Sequence record: DRR723986_9449
Direction: 5' to 3' (one strand)
DNA length: 20,000 nucleotides
Shown here: piece after piece, positions 17,539 to 20,000 of the stretch
How the letters are laid out: the number at the start of each line of letters is the position of its first letter
Numbering within the stretch: position 1 is the first letter of the stretch
The notes under the pieces: model-generated
Databases searched by the model: none
Seen by the model: only the letters and a program-made list of their open reading frames with translations
Told to the model about the DNA's origin: nothing
Made by a program: the position numbers and the translations under genes

Positions 17539-18738
17539 TTATTCGGGCGCAGCCACCTTAACCTTGATGTTGCCGAGATGCGATGAACGATACCACACGA
17601 CATCACCCGGCTGGAGAAAGTGGCCAGACGTCACCTCGTTTGCAATGAATTTTGCTTTAACCGTTTCAATCAGCGTTTTCCCGGAAAACGGCCCACCAGA
17701 GGCAGCATAGGCGAACAACATTTCGACATAATCACCTCGGGTTGGCGGGGTGAAAATAACGCCCTCAGCAGTGCCCGACATAAGCGACGCCGCTTTACTG
17801 ATGCGCTTATTGGGCGCGAGGAAATAAAAGTCACCCGCATAGTAAAACCGTTTTTCAGCCATGTCCGCCAGCGACGCTTGTGTGAGCTGCCCAAAGTCCA
17901 TGGTCATTTCGCCGCCTCGAGCATCCTGCCGCAGGTCGTTGTTCATGCTGGTTGTCATGCGCTCATTGGCGGTGAACGCCCGCCAGTCTTTTGGAATCAC
18001 TAGAAAAGGCCCGGTAGGGAAAAAGTCTGGCCCACTTTTGGCGTCACTAAAACCATAGCCTGAGTCTAGGTTGTCCGGGTCAACGAGGTTCACAATAGCG
18101 TTTCTGTTGGTGAAGTCAGCGCATAAAAACAAACCTTTAACCGCTGCTTCAAAGTCAGCCACAGAGGTAATATCGCGGTCAAAACGAATGCACAGCTCAA
18201 CTTCATAATCCAACAGGATACCAGGCTGGGCAACCACCTCTGTGCGGGCGGGCGTGACACGGCCAAACTTGGGAAAGCGGAAAACTGATGCACTATTGGC
18301 CTCTTCTGCATGCTCTGGGAAATTGGTGCCGGTGCCAATATGCTGGCTGCCCGAACTACCAGACGACAACAGGTATTCCATGCGCACCTCAATGGGGGCG
18401 AACTGGCCTACTGTTTCCGCGCTTAGTGGCTGCGTAGTGATTGAGGCCAACGCCGAAAAAGGATCATCTGTTCTGAGAGCACCCATTTCTGCAAGGTCAA
18501 TGCCCGTCACAGTTTCGCCGTTAAAACCTATCACCTGAAGGGTAATCGTTTCACCGGCTTCACCAGTAAACTGCGCCAATGTAATGGCCTCATCCAAGGG
18601 GGCGATAGCTTCAACCAACGGGGCTTCTTCAAAGCTTGCCGGATTAAACTTCGGGTCTGGTGATGTCGCCCACACCAGAAATAATGCGCCAATCAAAACC
18701 AAGCTAAATATACCAACGTATCGGACTACTCGTTTCAT
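17539..18738 (-). CDS. Fumarylacetoacetate hydrolase (FAH) family protein with N-terminal membrane anchor
   Basis: GTGTNFPEHAEE, FPK, LDYEVEL, CADFTNR, SDAKS..F.PTGP, SGTAEGV and FLQPGDVV. N-terminal KR plus hydrophobic helix. Confidence 0.82.
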   Translation of the reverse strand: MKRVVRYVGIFSLVLIGALFLVWATSPDPKFNPASFEEAPLVEAIAPLDEAITLAQFTGEAGETITLQVIGFNGETVTGIDLAEMGALRTDDPFSALASITTQPLSAETVGQFAPIEVRMEYLLSSGSSGSQHIGTGTNFPEHAEEANSASVFRFPKFGRVTPARTEVVAQPGILLDYEVELCIRFDRDITSVADFEAAVKGLFLCADFTNRNAIVNLVDPDNLDSGYGFSDAKSGPDFFPTGPFLVIPKDWRAFTANERMTTSMNNDLRQDARGGEMTMDFGQLTQASLADMAEKRFYYAGDFYFLAPNKRISKAASLMSGTAEGVIFTPPTRGDYVEMLFAYAASGGPFSGKTLIETVKAKFIANEVTSGHFLQPGDVVWYRSSHLGNIKVKVAAPE

Positions 18739-18742
18739 CAAG

Positions 18743-19303
18743 TCACCCCGCCGCTACCGGCTTGTCGTGAAACACTTTGCGCATCAGGGGTATAAAACTC
18801 TCAAGGCTATCCACCTTAAAGTCGGGGTCAAAGGCGGGAGCGTCCCATTCATCCACCAGTTTAACGGCCAAATCATACCACGGCTCGCCCTCAAACTGTT
18901 TGCGCAGGTCCGTAGGTGCGCCCAGATAATGGTAATAATGCTCGCCCTGAAACGCCTGATGGTTGCGAATGACATGATAGCTGTCATCGCTGATATAAGG
19001 CCGCATGATCTCGGCAGCGATAGGGCCGTGGTTCGGCACATTAATGGCCTTACCGATATCATGGCACAGGGCGATAACAATTTCTTCGTCGCTCGCCCCG
19101 GCCCGGCGCGCCAATGTACCAGTCATTAAAGAATGCTGTAGCTGGTCGCAAGCAAAGCCAAGGGTATATTGCTCTAGAGATTTGAGCATGCCAATGAAAC
19201 GATCAGCGGTATTCTTGAACTCTTCCATATGGGCGGCGCCAATGATTTGCCAGTCTTCCAGCGTGCCGTCCTGCATTGCGGTGAATGTTGCTTGCTCGCT
19301 CAT
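18743..19303 (-). CDS. HD-domain metalloprotein (PhnZ-like ligand spacing)
   Basis: QLQHSL, ALCHDIGK, NHGPIAA, IRNHQAF and DEWD. Start moved to ATG 19303 (AAGGAAGG RBS); 186 aa. Confidence 0.82.
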   Translation of the reverse strand: MSEQATFTAMQDGTLEDWQIIGAAHMEEFKNTADRFIGMLKSLEQYTLGFACDQLQHSLMTGTLARRAGASDEEIVIALCHDIGKAINVPNHGPIAAEIMRPYISDDSYHVIRNHQAFQGEHYYHYLGAPTDLRKQFEGEPWYDLAVKLVDEWDAPAFDPDFKVDSLESFIPLMRKVFHDKPVAAG

Positions 19304-19464
19304 GATACGCCCTTCCTTCTTGCTGCGGGCTATTGTGCCATGTCCAGCAAAAATTTCCAGAACAAACCACCAAAGAACCGGCAAGCGCCAACCACAACAG
19401 GAGAGTTTTCTGGCAATCAAATGTATGTTCAGGTAGAGTTGCGGGCCGCAAAGGGGAAGCCAGA

Positions 19465-19986
19465 TTGACCTTGGAACAAATCTATTTCATCGCCAGCATC
19501 GCCGCAGCCTTTGCTGTGGTCATATCCATCATTTTTCTGGCGCTTCAAATCAGGATGAACACCAAAGCCATTCGTGCTGAATCAGAATATGAAGCCGAAA
19601 TACGCTGGGCAGACATCAACTTTAATTTAGGGTCCAGCAAGGAGTTGGCAGCCTTTGCTATGCGCCATGTGGATGCAAACCTCGACCCTGCAAGCCTCGA
19701 TCCTGTTGAGCTCGCGCAAGCCGGCCACTTTGTCCGCGCGATGCTCCAGAATTATCAGTCTTACTATTATCTCTATAGGAATGGCAGTTTGACCCAAGAT
19801 GCATGGCAACACCATCTTGGCTGGGCAAGGCACTATATTAACCTTCCTATTGTTCAACTCTCCCTTGAAAGAGATCTAAGGGCCGGCCTTTTTCGACCGG
19901 AATTTCTAGCCGAGTTGCACCGCGAACCGGCTGAGGCAGTTGATCTATCGATCAAGGCCGCGAAAAACACGGAAGGCGCGCAATGA
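19465..19986 (+). CDS. Hypothetical protein with a single N-terminal transmembrane helix
   Basis: TTG start after AAGGGGAAG. MTLEQIYFIASIAAAFAVVISIIFLALQIRMNTKA followed by a soluble, probably helical domain; 173 aa. Confidence 0.72.
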   Translation: MTLEQIYFIASIAAAFAVVISIIFLALQIRMNTKAIRAESEYEAEIRWADINFNLGSSKELAAFAMRHVDANLDPASLDPVELAQAGHFVRAMLQNYQSYYYLYRNGSLTQDAWQHHLGWARHYINLPIVQLSLERDLRAGLFRPEFLAELHREPAEAVDLSIKAAKNTEGAQ

Positions 19987-20000
19987 CTCTAGAAAATCTT
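19983..20000 (+). CDS. Start of the next gene (MTLENL...), truncated; possible paralog of the preceding gene
   Basis: ATGA overlap with the upstream stop, GGAAGG RBS, and first residues MTLE identical to the upstream gene. Only 6 codons are visible. Confidence 0.5.

Noticed and set aside
19304-19464. N-terminal extensions of the HD protein and the hypothetical protein; TGGCAC as a sigma54 site
   Set aside because: The extensions overlap each other head-to-head and better RBS-supported starts exist. TGGCAC lacks the TTGC -12 element.
1-20000. tRNA, rRNA, CRISPR array, transposase, prophage genes
   Set aside because: None seen. Intergenic gaps are short (under about 240 bp) and lack cloverleaf or repeat-spacer patterns.

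Overview
Gene-dense bacterial chromosomal segment, most likely from an alphaproteobacterium (inferred from protein motifs and gene order; not verified). A housekeeping backbone (YqaA/DedA-like, DsbB, Coq7, HNH nuclease, GluQ, HIG1-like small membrane protein, PduO-type adenosyltransferase, EtfB, EtfA, 3-hydroxybutyryl-CoA dehydrogenase, GST) is interleaved with accessory genes. These are DUF2235 and DUF3089 hydrolases, two VOC proteins, a TetR regulator with a perfect 16-bp palindromic operator candidate, a secreted beta-helix protein, a serine hydrolase, an HD-domain plus membrane-anchored FAH pair, and the start of a possible tandem paralog array. The most interesting signals are (1) a DUF2141 + Tat-signal carotenoid-oxygenase operon divergent from a membrane-anchored LytTR regulator with TTCGTRAA repeats, and (2) two NrdR-box-like sites 31 bp apart over the predicted promoter of the HNH nuclease, followed by a potentially structured 5' UTR. 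I saw no rRNA, tRNA, CRISPR array or transposase. All calls come from motif recognition by eye, without database searches.
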